Shown here in pieces: positions 9,806 to 18,531 of a stretch of 64,000 nucleotides of DNA. Position 1 is the first letter of the stretch. Each line of letters opens with the position of its first letter. Under the pieces are notes generated by a model that searched no databases, was not told the DNA's origin, and was given only the letters and a program-made list of their open reading frames with translations. The DNA is taken from assembly GCA_944380295.1 (NCBI GenBank), contig CALWHE010000009.1, positions 2,213 to 66,212 on the forward strand, in the 5' to 3' direction. A program made the translations under genes and the position numbers. Source of the stretch: an uncultured Christensenellaceae bacterium. Its GTDB lineage: Bacteria; Bacillota; Clostridia; Christensenellales; UBA3700.

Positions 9806-10153
9806 TCACTTGTGTGTTTTCACGGTTTTTATCGATGCTATCAACTTGCTGCGTATCGTTCCGCAGGCATTTTTGACTTCTTTTTGTTCTTCTTCCGTCA
9901 ACGCGCCTATTCTTGTCAATATTTCCAGCCAATATTCACTTTCGTAACACTCTTTTAACGCTATCTCCGCTTTATGCACGAAATCCTGATCGCTCTGCGC
10001 ATATTTTGCCTCGCTCATATTCGCCCCTATCGAAGAAACAGCTCTTAATAATTGATTGGTAAAAATCTCTCTGCCCTTGATTTTGTCACATATATTGACC
10101 ATTTGTATGGTCAGTTCCATTGCCAATTCTCTGATACTCTTATCGTTTTTCAT
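9806..10153 (-). CDS. Four-helix-bundle protein (23S rRNA intervening-sequence / Avd family)
   Basis: 115 aa. Has LLRAVSSIGANMSEA and the E..LKECYESEYWLEIL signature of this family. Confidence 0.8.
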   Translation of the reverse strand: MKNDKSIRELAMELTIQMVNICDKIKGREIFTNQLLRAVSSIGANMSEAKYAQSDQDFVHKAEIALKECYESEYWLEILTRIGALTEEEQKEVKNACGTIRSKLIASIKTVKTHK

Positions 10154-10159
10154 TTCTCA

Positions 10160-10566
10160 TTCTCGATGCTTCAAACACCTTACGGTTTATATAGCGCCAC
10201 AGGCAATCTTGCGATTTTATATAGCGCCGCAAGCAGCCGCCGCATTTCGTAGTTCGTGTTTTCGCTTGCCCTTTACAATTTTAAATAGCGCCGCAGGCAA
10301 CCGCGGCATTTTGCCGTTCGATATAGTGCAATTACTTAATACGTTTATTGCGGCAAAATATATCGCGTCCGGAGCGGCGGCGGATCCGATGGGGCAAATG
10401 TTATTCCGCCGCCGCGCAGGACATATCGCGTCGGCGCAGCCGACATATCGCTTTTGCGCGGAAGTTATGTTTGCTTGCCGCTCACTTATATCTGCGCAAA
10501 AATATCGCGTCCGGAGCAAGGGCGCATACTTTCGCTTATCGCTCATTGCGCCCTTGCGGAGGACAT
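10160..10566. repeat. Mosaic hairpin-repeat block D
   Basis: Collinear with 9279-9375 and with the hairpin modules of blocks A-C. Confidence 0.75.
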
Positions 10567-10590
10567 AAAACCCCCGCGAACGGGGGTTTT
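10567..10590. terminator. Bidirectional intrinsic terminator at the end of the WG-repeat operon
   Basis: AAAACCCCCG-CGAA-CGGGGGTTTT. Confidence 0.7.
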
Positions 10591-10592
10591 AC

Positions 10593-12056
10593 TTAAACCA
10601 GCATTATCAATTCATCGGAAAAATCGAAAAGTTGTTTGCCGTCTTCCAAGCGGTAGAGCGCGTCGTAATAATTGAATTCTTCGATTTCGACGATATAACC
10701 GTCCATCACCACGCCGATGACGCCGGGTGCGAACGCCTTGACCAGATTGCCGGAAAGATCGTAAACGCCGTTCTCGCCGGTTTTTGAGTTGCTCATGACA
10801 AGATAACCGCCGCTCACGCTTTTCACCGTGGCGCCGTCGTCAAGATCGGCAAGTCTGGTCTGCGCCGCGCTCACGCTGCCGTCCTCGGCAACGGAAGTAA
10901 GAGCATAAAACACGGTTTCCGCAGCGAAATAAAGCGCGTCCGTTTCATCGTCTGCACGCATGAATTTTCCGTCCACTTCTCCGTTGGCGTTGGTGGGCGG
11001 CGTGACGATCGCGCCGGTCACACCGTCAAAATAAGTGGTGACGGCTTGCGCGCCTTCCTGCCCGGGCACCGTGAACGAATATACGTCGGCAGTCTCGTCT
11101 TCCGTCGTAATGTCCGTGTTATCCGGCAGATCTTGGGCGATGACGGTCGCCTTGCCGCCATATACCGCCAGCAAAGAGATCGTGCTGCCGGTTTCCGTGA
11201 CGGTTTTCACCTTGAAGACATTTGCAAAGACATTGTCCAAATAATTGCCGGAAAAAACGAGCAACTCCGAACCTGTGCCGTTTGCGCTCTGCTGCGCGGA
11301 ATATTCTATGCCGGCGATATAATAAGTATTCGTCCCGGCGCCGTCCGCGCCTTCCGCGGAAACACGATAAAGCAGCAAGCCGGCAACGGATATGACCTTA
11401 TCGCATGCGGTCTTTTCCAACGCCACGGTTTTGGCTGCGGTGTTGACGGCAGCCACTTCATATCCTTCTTCCGTTTGAGTGTAAAAGGCGAGAAAATCGC
11501 TGTCGTTCGCATATGTGGATCCCTGATATTCACAGGGCACAAGTTCCGCGCCGGTGGCGGGGTCTATCGCGCCTTGCATAGTTTTGTTTGGCATAGGGCT
11601 GAAAGTGACCTTACCCACGCCGCCGCAAACGGAAGCTTCATCATAACGGGGAGCCACAGCCCACGCCGCCGTGTTCAGATCGAAAAATCCCCACAAGCCG
11701 GTGACCTTGTCGCAGGCGGCAATTATGGCGGTGCCTTGGCAAGCCTCACCGTCAAATTCCGAGAGCTTTATCTCCCCTGCCGGCTTGCCCTTTTTATCGA
11801 TGGCGAAATATTCCTCTCCGCTGTAAGTCACCAGCGCGTATTCGCCGTAAAAAGGCGAAGCCTCGGCATACTTGCAGTCTATGGCGATGTTGCCGTCTTC
11901 ATCGACGTAACCGAAATAACCGTCTTTATTGGCAACGGGCATGAGTCCGTTGGTAAAGAACGCGTCCGTGCGCGGATCGGCGCAGCCTGCCAACAAGCCG
12001 CACGCCAGCGCCGCCACCAGCACGACTGCAAGAACGATAAAAACTTTTTTCTTCAT
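10593..12056 (-). CDS. WG-repeat lipoprotein, paralog 1
   Basis: 487 aa. Lipobox LLAGC. Repeated DG.(W/F)GY.D..G...I...Y motifs. AGGAGG RBS. Confidence 0.8.
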   Translation of the reverse strand: MKKKVFIVLAVVLVAALACGLLAGCADPRTDAFFTNGLMPVANKDGYFGYVDEDGNIAIDCKYAEASPFYGEYALVTYSGEEYFAIDKKGKPAGEIKLSEFDGEACQGTAIIAACDKVTGLWGFFDLNTAAWAVAPRYDEASVCGGVGKVTFSPMPNKTMQGAIDPATGAELVPCEYQGSTYANDSDFLAFYTQTEEGYEVAAVNTAAKTVALEKTACDKVISVAGLLLYRVSAEGADGAGTNTYYIAGIEYSAQQSANGTGSELLVFSGNYLDNVFANVFKVKTVTETGSTISLLAVYGGKATVIAQDLPDNTDITTEDETADVYSFTVPGQEGAQAVTTYFDGVTGAIVTPPTNANGEVDGKFMRADDETDALYFAAETVFYALTSVAEDGSVSAAQTRLADLDDGATVKSVSGGYLVMSNSKTGENGVYDLSGNLVKAFAPGVIGVVMDGYIVEIEEFNYYDALYRLEDGKQLFDFSDELIMLV

Positions 12057-12068
12057 CTTGACTCCTCC

Positions 12069-13520
12069 TTACACGCCCATGTCCGCAAATCTGAATCCGG
12101 TCAGCTGCGAGCCGTCCGCCTTGATCACGCCCCAGGCGTTGCCCAGTTTGGCGGCGTAATAACCGCCGTCCAGCGCGCGCAGGTCGGAATAAATGCACTC
12201 CACCAGCATGTTGCCTTGTTTATCCGCAATGCCTACCCTGCCGCCTGCGGAGCCGACCAGCACGTTGCCGCCGACAAAGCCGCCGAAATCCTTATTGCCG
12301 AAAACGCTCGGGTCAAAGGCATAAGCCGTGCCGTCTTCCGCGACCGCCGCCAGGCGCACGCTTATTGTGCCGTCTTCCGCCTCTTGGCGATAAGTATAAC
12401 CGTAATAAACCTCTTCCGTCTGCGCGTCCTCATAGATCCTGCCGCCGGCAAAAGTGCTCTGCGCGTTCAGGGTGAAGGAAAACTTTAAGCCTTGCACAAA
12501 AACGGTGTAAGCGCCGTTTTCCCCTTCAAGGATAAAGCCGCCGCTCGTGCTGTCCAAAACGGGCTTTTGTGTGCCGGAATAAAGCTGCGTGCCGTTTGCG
12601 GCAAAGAGCAGATATTCTCTGCCGCCTTCCGCATTGGTCACGGTGAGCAGCAGCATGTCCTCTTCCGCTTCTGCGGATACCACGTCCGCTTGCGGGAAGG
12701 TGGTCACCACCTTTTCTCCCACAAAAGTATAATTGGTCACGGTGCCGCCGCTGCCGTCGGCAGCGTCTGAGCTTATGCACCACCAGCCGTAGCCCGAACC
12801 GGTCAGATCATTGCCGGATACGGAGGTGAAGCCGAAGTTTTCTTGGTCATAGATCTGATAGACGTAAGCGTTTAACTCATCGGTCGCGTCCGCTGCTTCC
12901 GTCCAAACATAGGCATAGCCCTGCGAGCCGCTGCCGCTTTCCACGGCGCCGGCGCGCACGCCCACGTCGGAAAGGTCTGCCGCCTTCCAGACATAAGTGA
13001 AGTTGTCTGCCTCGGCAAAGACAGCGCCCGCTTCTTTATCCCAGCTCATGGAAGAATAGGCAAAGTCCTTTGCCATGGCGGCGGCGCCGATATCGTAAAT
13101 GCCATATAAAACGTCACCTTCGGAAAAGGCGGACGAACCTGCTTTTGCCACAATGGCATAATTGCCGCCCTCTATCAGCTGCGCATAGGCATAAGGTCCT
13201 GCAATGCGCGAACCGCCGGAGTTGATCAGATAGAACACGTCGGGAACGTCATACACGTCGGGAACGTTATAGCTTGTCTTAGCCGTTGCCACCACGGCGG
13301 TGCCGTTGTCAAAGGGCGACGCCCACGTATAATCGAAGGGTATCACCTCTTCTCCCGCGCTGTTCACATAGCCCCAAAACCCGTATTCGTCCTGCACGGG
13401 GATGCCTGCCTGGGCAAACACCCCCTCCTTTTCCGTTTTGTCGCAGGCGGCGAGCACGCCGGCAAGCGCCAGAACGAGCGCCAGGACGATTATTACGGGA
13501 ACAAATTTTTTCTTGCTCAT
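12069..13520 (-). CDS. WG-repeat lipoprotein, paralog 2
   Basis: 483 aa. Lipobox LAAC. Has YGFWGYVNSAGEEVIPFDY and a C-terminal WG unit. AGGAGG RBS. Confidence 0.8.
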   Translation of the reverse strand: MSKKKFVPVIIVLALVLALAGVLAACDKTEKEGVFAQAGIPVQDEYGFWGYVNSAGEEVIPFDYTWASPFDNGTAVVATAKTSYNVPDVYDVPDVFYLINSGGSRIAGPYAYAQLIEGGNYAIVAKAGSSAFSEGDVLYGIYDIGAAAMAKDFAYSSMSWDKEAGAVFAEADNFTYVWKAADLSDVGVRAGAVESGSGSQGYAYVWTEAADATDELNAYVYQIYDQENFGFTSVSGNDLTGSGYGWWCISSDAADGSGGTVTNYTFVGEKVVTTFPQADVVSAEAEEDMLLLTVTNAEGGREYLLFAANGTQLYSGTQKPVLDSTSGGFILEGENGAYTVFVQGLKFSFTLNAQSTFAGGRIYEDAQTEEVYYGYTYRQEAEDGTISVRLAAVAEDGTAYAFDPSVFGNKDFGGFVGGNVLVGSAGGRVGIADKQGNMLVECIYSDLRALDGGYYAAKLGNAWGVIKADGSQLTGFRFADMGV

Positions 13521-13559
13521 AATACCTCCTCGGGCAGCGCAAAGGCTGCCCCGCCGCCT

Positions 13560-14969
13560 TTATTCGGCAAAGCTAACGTCAGTTATCTCTTTGTCAAAGC
13601 CGAACAACCGCGTGCCGTCGTTTTTGTAGAGTGCCACGTAGCCCTCCGCGTTTGTCACGGCAAAGTATGCGCCGTCAACGGACATGCCGGAACCGGAGAA
13701 CGCTTCGCCCGCGCCCGTTTCAAAGACCCTCGCAGTGCCGTTGTATATTCTTGTCACGCCCGTTTCCGTTGCTCCGACAAAGACGTTTGCAGCAAGCACG
13801 CCGACCTCTTCTTCATCTTCCGCGCCGGTAAAGACGGCGGTGGAATTGCCCATGGCGAACACCTCTTTGCCTATGGCGTAATAAAGGCTGTCGTCATCCA
13901 AACGCATAAAGGAGATGGCGGGAGTTTCCCCATTGACGGTAAAGTCATTGGGAACGTTTTCCAGCGCGCTGCCGCTCTTCATATCCACATAAGTATAAGA
14001 AGGCGCGGTGGCGTCTGCCGCCGTTCTGTCGATCTGCAGCACGCCGGTGTCTTTGTAGTAAACCGGAGCTTTGGTCAAGCCGTTGAACAACGCAGTGCCG
14101 TCGGCTTTGAACACCGAATAAGTAGTGGTGACGCCCTCCGCAGAGGTGGCGGTATCTTCGGTCACATAAACGGACGTTGTGCCCTCTATGAGCTCGGATA
14201 CGGACGTATCTTTATCCCAGTTCATACCGGGGACCACCTGATTGACTTTTTCCGCGGCGGTATCCGTGGCGGGAGTGGTATATTCATAATAAGCAAGTCC
14301 GCCTTTCGTTGTGCCTGCATCTGCTATCTTCACGTCTTCGGAGATGACCGTGCCGTCTGTGGCAAACACGTCTGCCACCCGCTCGCCCTGCACTGTTTTT
14401 TCCATGATCACGGCGTTTTCGCCAATGGCACAATCGGTATATTCCACCGGGCAGATCTCCGCGCCGGTGGCGTCGAACAAGCCGTAATTGCCACTGCCGG
14501 AGCCGATGGTGACGAGCACCAGTCCGCCTTCCAGGAAATCTATCATGTCATAAGCCGCCCTGATCACCCATTCGCCGCTCTCCGTGCTCAAAACGCCTGC
14601 AAGTCCGGTATATTTTTCCCGGGCGGCGAGGAGCGTGCGGTCTTCGTTGGCGGCAACGGACACCGAGGCATCAACGGACACCGAGGCAAGCTCTATGCCC
14701 GTATCGTTGCCCTTGACGTCTATCAAAAAGCTCCTGCTGCCCATTTGCACAGCCGCGTATTCGCCGTAAAAAGGCGAAACGGAGTCATATTTGCATTCGA
14801 TGGCTATATCGCCGTTTTCATCGGCAAAGCCCCACAAGCCGTCCTTTTGCACGGCGATCATGCCCTGGGAAAACGCCGAGTCCGTGGTCTTGGCGCAGCC
14901 CGCCAACAGCGTGAGCGCCAAAATAACGGAAAGGGCGAGGGCTATTACTATCACAACTTTCTTTTTCAT
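13560..14969 (-). CDS. WG-repeat lipoprotein, paralog 3
   Basis: 469 aa. Lipobox LLAGC. Has DGLWGFADENGDIAIECKY. Confidence 0.8.
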   Translation of the reverse strand: MKKKVVIVIALALSVILALTLLAGCAKTTDSAFSQGMIAVQKDGLWGFADENGDIAIECKYDSVSPFYGEYAAVQMGSRSFLIDVKGNDTGIELASVSVDASVSVAANEDRTLLAAREKYTGLAGVLSTESGEWVIRAAYDMIDFLEGGLVLVTIGSGSGNYGLFDATGAEICPVEYTDCAIGENAVIMEKTVQGERVADVFATDGTVISEDVKIADAGTTKGGLAYYEYTTPATDTAAEKVNQVVPGMNWDKDTSVSELIEGTTSVYVTEDTATSAEGVTTTYSVFKADGTALFNGLTKAPVYYKDTGVLQIDRTAADATAPSYTYVDMKSGSALENVPNDFTVNGETPAISFMRLDDDSLYYAIGKEVFAMGNSTAVFTGAEDEEEVGVLAANVFVGATETGVTRIYNGTARVFETGAGEAFSGSGMSVDGAYFAVTNAEGYVALYKNDGTRLFGFDKEITDVSFAE

Positions 14970-14985
14970 GTCTTTCCTCTCCTTA

Positions 14986-16314
14986 TTATCCGATGGATTT
15001 ATCGTTCGATCTCAAAATGAGATTGCCTTCCGTGCCATACCATTCGCACACACCGCCGCGATAACCTACAAAGCCGTCCGAATAGGCGGTCATTTCGTCA
15101 AAACAGAACTCCGTGAGCAGCGTGCCGTTTTTGGCGCAGGCGGCGAGTTTGCCGGCTTTATTCTGCACCACGAACATGCCCTCTTCCGCACCCGTGACGC
15201 CGGTCACCTCGCGGCTGAGCTTGACCGATTCGCCGGTCAAAAGATCCGTCAGCGTGTTGGTGGCGGTGTTGAACATATAGTCGCGGAAAGTGCCGCTCAC
15301 AATGGAGCAGTAGTCCAGCTCCGCTTCGGGAACGCTCGCCACCACTTCGCCGTTGCCGTAAACGTCCCAGTTGTCGCCGTTTTTATAAGCGATCACATCG
15401 TCTATATGCGTTGCCGTTGCCGGGGTCAGATCGCCCGATTTGATGTCCAGGAAATATCCCCGTATGCTGTCCGCGGATATGCTGCCCGCGGATATGAAAT
15501 AAGTGTTTTTATCCACCAGCTCTTCCGCCGCAGGATATAATCCGTCCGGCAGGCGACGCAGCTCTTCCAGGTTTTCATCCACAATGACGTAAATGCCTGT
15601 ATTTTCGTCTATTATCAGATATCTGTCAAAGCCGATATATATCAGGTCGACATTGTCATATCGGGTGCATGCCACCTTACCGCTCTCCATATTGACAAAG
15701 TCCACTCCGCCGTCTTCACGGACCATGAGGATATAATCGCCCTGAGCATCTGATACTTCATCATATATGAAGTCGGTAAGCATTTTGCCTTTGCCGTCTG
15801 CCAGAGCAATTTTATCGCCGCGCGTGAGAAGGAAGGAAGCGTATACAGGCTCGATCTCGTCGTATTCGGCGGGAATGACTGCCTCTCCCTTATTGTTCCA
15901 CACGCCCCACTTGTCGTCTTTTTTGCCTATTATCTTATCCGCCACGATGTAACATTTTCCGGTCAATCCGGTGAGCAGCGCTTTGCCGCTCTTGTCTATC
16001 ACGCTCACATTTCTGTTGCCCGCATCAACCGCCGCCATGCCGCCGGCAAACTTTCCCGCATCGGCATATTTTGCCTCTATCACCACTTTCCCGCTTGTGG
16101 CGTCAAGATAGCCGAACAACTCTGTGACCTTATCTTGATAAAGGACCAGTCCGTCAGGTCCGAGAGCGGTGGCGCTTTCGCCGTATTTTTCGTAATATTC
16201 CCTTTGCGCCGAGGACATCGAATCGAACGGAGTGGGTCCGCACGCCGCCAGCGCCAGAGATAAAACGATCACCGACAATATCGCCGCCGCGATCAATAAT
16301 TTACGCTTTGCCAT
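14986..16314 (-). CDS. WG-repeat lipoprotein, paralog 4
   Basis: 442 aa. Lipobox LAAC. Several WG units (DDKWGVWNNKGEAVIPAEY). AAGGAGGG RBS. Confidence 0.8.
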   Translation of the reverse strand: MAKRKLLIAAAILSVIVLSLALAACGPTPFDSMSSAQREYYEKYGESATALGPDGLVLYQDKVTELFGYLDATSGKVVIEAKYADAGKFAGGMAAVDAGNRNVSVIDKSGKALLTGLTGKCYIVADKIIGKKDDKWGVWNNKGEAVIPAEYDEIEPVYASFLLTRGDKIALADGKGKMLTDFIYDEVSDAQGDYILMVREDGGVDFVNMESGKVACTRYDNVDLIYIGFDRYLIIDENTGIYVIVDENLEELRRLPDGLYPAAEELVDKNTYFISAGSISADSIRGYFLDIKSGDLTPATATHIDDVIAYKNGDNWDVYGNGEVVASVPEAELDYCSIVSGTFRDYMFNTATNTLTDLLTGESVKLSREVTGVTGAEEGMFVVQNKAGKLAACAKNGTLLTEFCFDEMTAYSDGFVGYRGGVCEWYGTEGNLILRSNDKSIG

Positions 16315-17789
16315 ATGCCCTCCTTATGCGAAATACCGCTGAACACGCAGTCGAGCACCACGCTGCCGTCGGGCGCGAGCACGCCGACCGCGTTACCCAT
16401 CGTCACCAAGATATAGCCGCCGTCTACCACCTGCGCGTTCGAATAAATGCATTCGGTCACCGCCGTGCCGTCCGCGTTGAACACGCCCATGCGTCCGTTT
16501 TCTGCGGCAAGAACAAGCTTTCCGCCGCACACTTTTTTCAACTCATAGCCTTCCGGCACTTCCGTGGTGGCGCCGCCGATGGACACGAACTGCTTTGCCA
16601 CGTTTTCCGTGACGGCGCTTTCGCCCTCACCGGTGGTGACGCTGTAAGAGATCGACATGTCTATCGCGTTCTCCTCCGTGGTGACGTTCCAGCTGTAGTT
16701 CAAGTCGGAAGCGCCCTCGGGAACGGCGGCGGAAGCGGAATAAGCCGCGCCGTCTTTATAGACATTGAGCGTAAACGTGCCGTTTTCCGTTTTTGTCATA
16801 TAATACGCCTCGCCGTTCCAAAAGAGCTGCTCCGTGCCGGAATAAATAACGGCGCCGTCTTTACCGTAAAGGGTATAAGTGGTCGTGTTCGTTCCGTCTG
16901 CGCCCTGTGCGGTCTTGGCGGTGAGCAGCATGCTGCCGTCATACTGGTTCTGCGGCACTTCCACGGCTTTATCCAAAGCGATTATCGCCGTTTCCGTCAC
17001 ATAATGATAAGTGCTGGCGGTCACGCTGCCATCTGCGTCATATGTATCGTCGATCAGATAAGTCCAGTCGCTGCTCTCCGATTTGCGGCCGTTCCAAGTG
17101 ACGGCTTCCGCGCCGGTGAGCACGCTCACTCCCTTGAACACGGGTTTGCCGTTTTCCGTTGTGTTTGTGTTATAGAAGTAGAAGTTGTGTCCGCCCACAA
17201 CGCTGACGGTGAATTCGTCGTTCAGGGCTTTCCTCGCCATGGTGACGGTGCCAGTTGCCAGGTCCACATACTCCACGCCGTTTTTGCCGCTTATCTGAGA
17301 TACCATGCGCACCACGGAAGTTTCGCCCACGGGAGTAATGTTCTCATACGCGCACTCATAGGCAAACGCCTTTGCCGCCGTGTCGTATACGCCGAACTTG
17401 TTCGTTTTTTTGTCTTTCACAACGATCATCGTGTCGTCAAACACGCGCGTCGTGCTGACAAACGGCCCTGCCAGGTGCGTGCCCTCCTGGTCTATCAGAT
17501 AGAACGCTCCGGGATCGGGCTCTGCTGCACCGGGATCGGACTCTGATGAATCGGTATAACTCACCACCGCCACGCCGTTGACAAAATTCGTGGCGGAAGC
17601 ATAATCAAAGCCCAGCACCTCCTCGCCGTTACTGTCCACATACCCCCATCTTCCGTCCTCGTTCCTCACGGCTATGCTGCCGCCGGAAAAAATGCCGTCC
17701 GACAAGGTATCGTTACATGCCGTCAGAGCGAATACCGTTGCCAGGATCACAATAACGGCTATCCCCGTTATCAAAAGCCTTTTTTTCAT
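16293..17789 (-). CDS. WG-repeat lipoprotein, paralog 5 (first gene of the operon)
   Basis: 498 aa. Lipobox LTAC. Has DGRWGYVDSNGEEVLGFDY. AAGGAGG RBS. Confidence 0.8.
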   Translation of the reverse strand: MKKRLLITGIAVIVILATVFALTACNDTLSDGIFSGGSIAVRNEDGRWGYVDSNGEEVLGFDYASATNFVNGVAVVSYTDSSESDPGAAEPDPGAFYLIDQEGTHLAGPFVSTTRVFDDTMIVVKDKKTNKFGVYDTAAKAFAYECAYENITPVGETSVVRMVSQISGKNGVEYVDLATGTVTMARKALNDEFTVSVVGGHNFYFYNTNTTENGKPVFKGVSVLTGAEAVTWNGRKSESSDWTYLIDDTYDADGSVTASTYHYVTETAIIALDKAVEVPQNQYDGSMLLTAKTAQGADGTNTTTYTLYGKDGAVIYSGTEQLFWNGEAYYMTKTENGTFTLNVYKDGAAYSASAAVPEGASDLNYSWNVTTEENAIDMSISYSVTTGEGESAVTENVAKQFVSIGGATTEVPEGYELKKVCGGKLVLAAENGRMGVFNADGTAVTECIYSNAQVVDGGYILVTMGNAVGVLAPDGSVVLDCVFSGISHKEGIWQSVNY

Positions 17790-17835
17790 ACACTACCTCC
17801 TTATCGAAGACATTCTTCGACATTATTACGATTTC

Positions 17836-17864
17836 ATTATAAGATAAATTTAATATCTTGTCAA
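17836..17864 (-). promoter_or_regulatory. Sigma-70-type promoter of the five-gene WG-repeat operon
   Basis: TTGACA (17859-17864), 17 nt, TATAAT (17836-17841), in an AT-rich upstream region. Confidence 0.6.
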
Positions 17865-18201
17865 TAGGTAAATAAAATTTTACATTTGTTTAGCATTTAT
17901 ATACGCGCGCGTTCCCGTCCGCCCGCCCGTCCGCGACCGTCCGCCCGTATGGCACGCATGTGAAGACCGCAAACGCAAAAAGCCCCTTGCCCGCAAACCG
18001 CAGCCCCGCCGCCGTTCTCCGCCGCGCCGTTTATTATCCTGCGCCGCCTTGCTCTCGCCGCGCCCGCTCTCGTCCCGCGCCGCTTATTGTTTTTTCTCCG
18101 CACCCGCGCCGACTTTGCGCGTTGCTCGCCGCCCTGTCCGCGCCGCACGCCCCCGCAACTCATCGCGTTTTGCCGCCCCTCATTCATGTGCGGCAAAGGC
18201 T

Positions 18202-18229
18202 TTGCATTTTCTCTTTATTATGATATAAT
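18202..18229 (+). promoter_or_regulatory. Candidate promoter of the ACP gene
   Basis: TTGCAT, 16 nt, TATAAT. Confidence 0.45.
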
Positions 18230-18260
18230 ATATATATCCGTATTATTATGGGAGCAAAAA

Positions 18261-18497
18261 ATGAAAGAAGCGATATTGGAAAAACTCAAAGGCATCATCG
18301 CCGAGATAATGAAAACGGACGTCTCCGCCGTGGGCATGGACACCCGCCTGAAAGAGGACCTCAAAGCCGATTCTTTGGACAAGATAAATATGCTGATGGC
18401 GCTGGAAGAAGCCTACGACATCGAAATGGACGAAGAAGAAGCCCTCGCCTTCCAAACCGTGGGCGACGTGGTGGAATATTTGGAAAAAGAACTTTAA
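18261..18497 (+). CDS. Acyl carrier protein
   Basis: 78 aa starting at the internal ATG with a GGGAG RBS. Has the LKADSLD phosphopantetheine-attachment motif. The upstream part of the track ORF is a low-complexity tract. Confidence 0.85.
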   Translation: MKEAILEKLKGIIAEIMKTDVSAVGMDTRLKEDLKADSLDKINMLMALEEAYDIEMDEEEALAFQTVGDVVEYLEKEL

Positions 18498-18531
18498 GCA
18501 ACGGGCAGCTGCACGCTGCCGCAGGACATTT

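Noticed and set aside
1062-10566. Possible CRISPR arrays in the repeat blocks.
   Set aside because: There is no constant-length identical direct repeat alternating with unique spacers. The conserved parts are hairpin flanks and 8-9-nt words, copies occur in both orientations, and no cas genes are present.
9806-17789. Diversity-generating retroelement, suggested by an Avd-like gene next to five variable surface-protein paralogs.
   Set aside because: There is no reverse transcriptase in the window, and I could not find a template/variable repeat pair with adenine-specific differences. The paralogs are diverged along their whole length.
17897-18195. A 300-nt CCG/CGC-rich, strongly C-over-G skewed tract upstream of the ACP gene. 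The complement strand has G-tracts with some G-quadruplex potential.
   Set aside because: This is low-complexity sequence that produces only spurious ORFs. Similar but shorter tracts occur at 21790-21900, 23290-23470 and 63520-63640. I cannot support a rut-site or G4 role from sequence alone.
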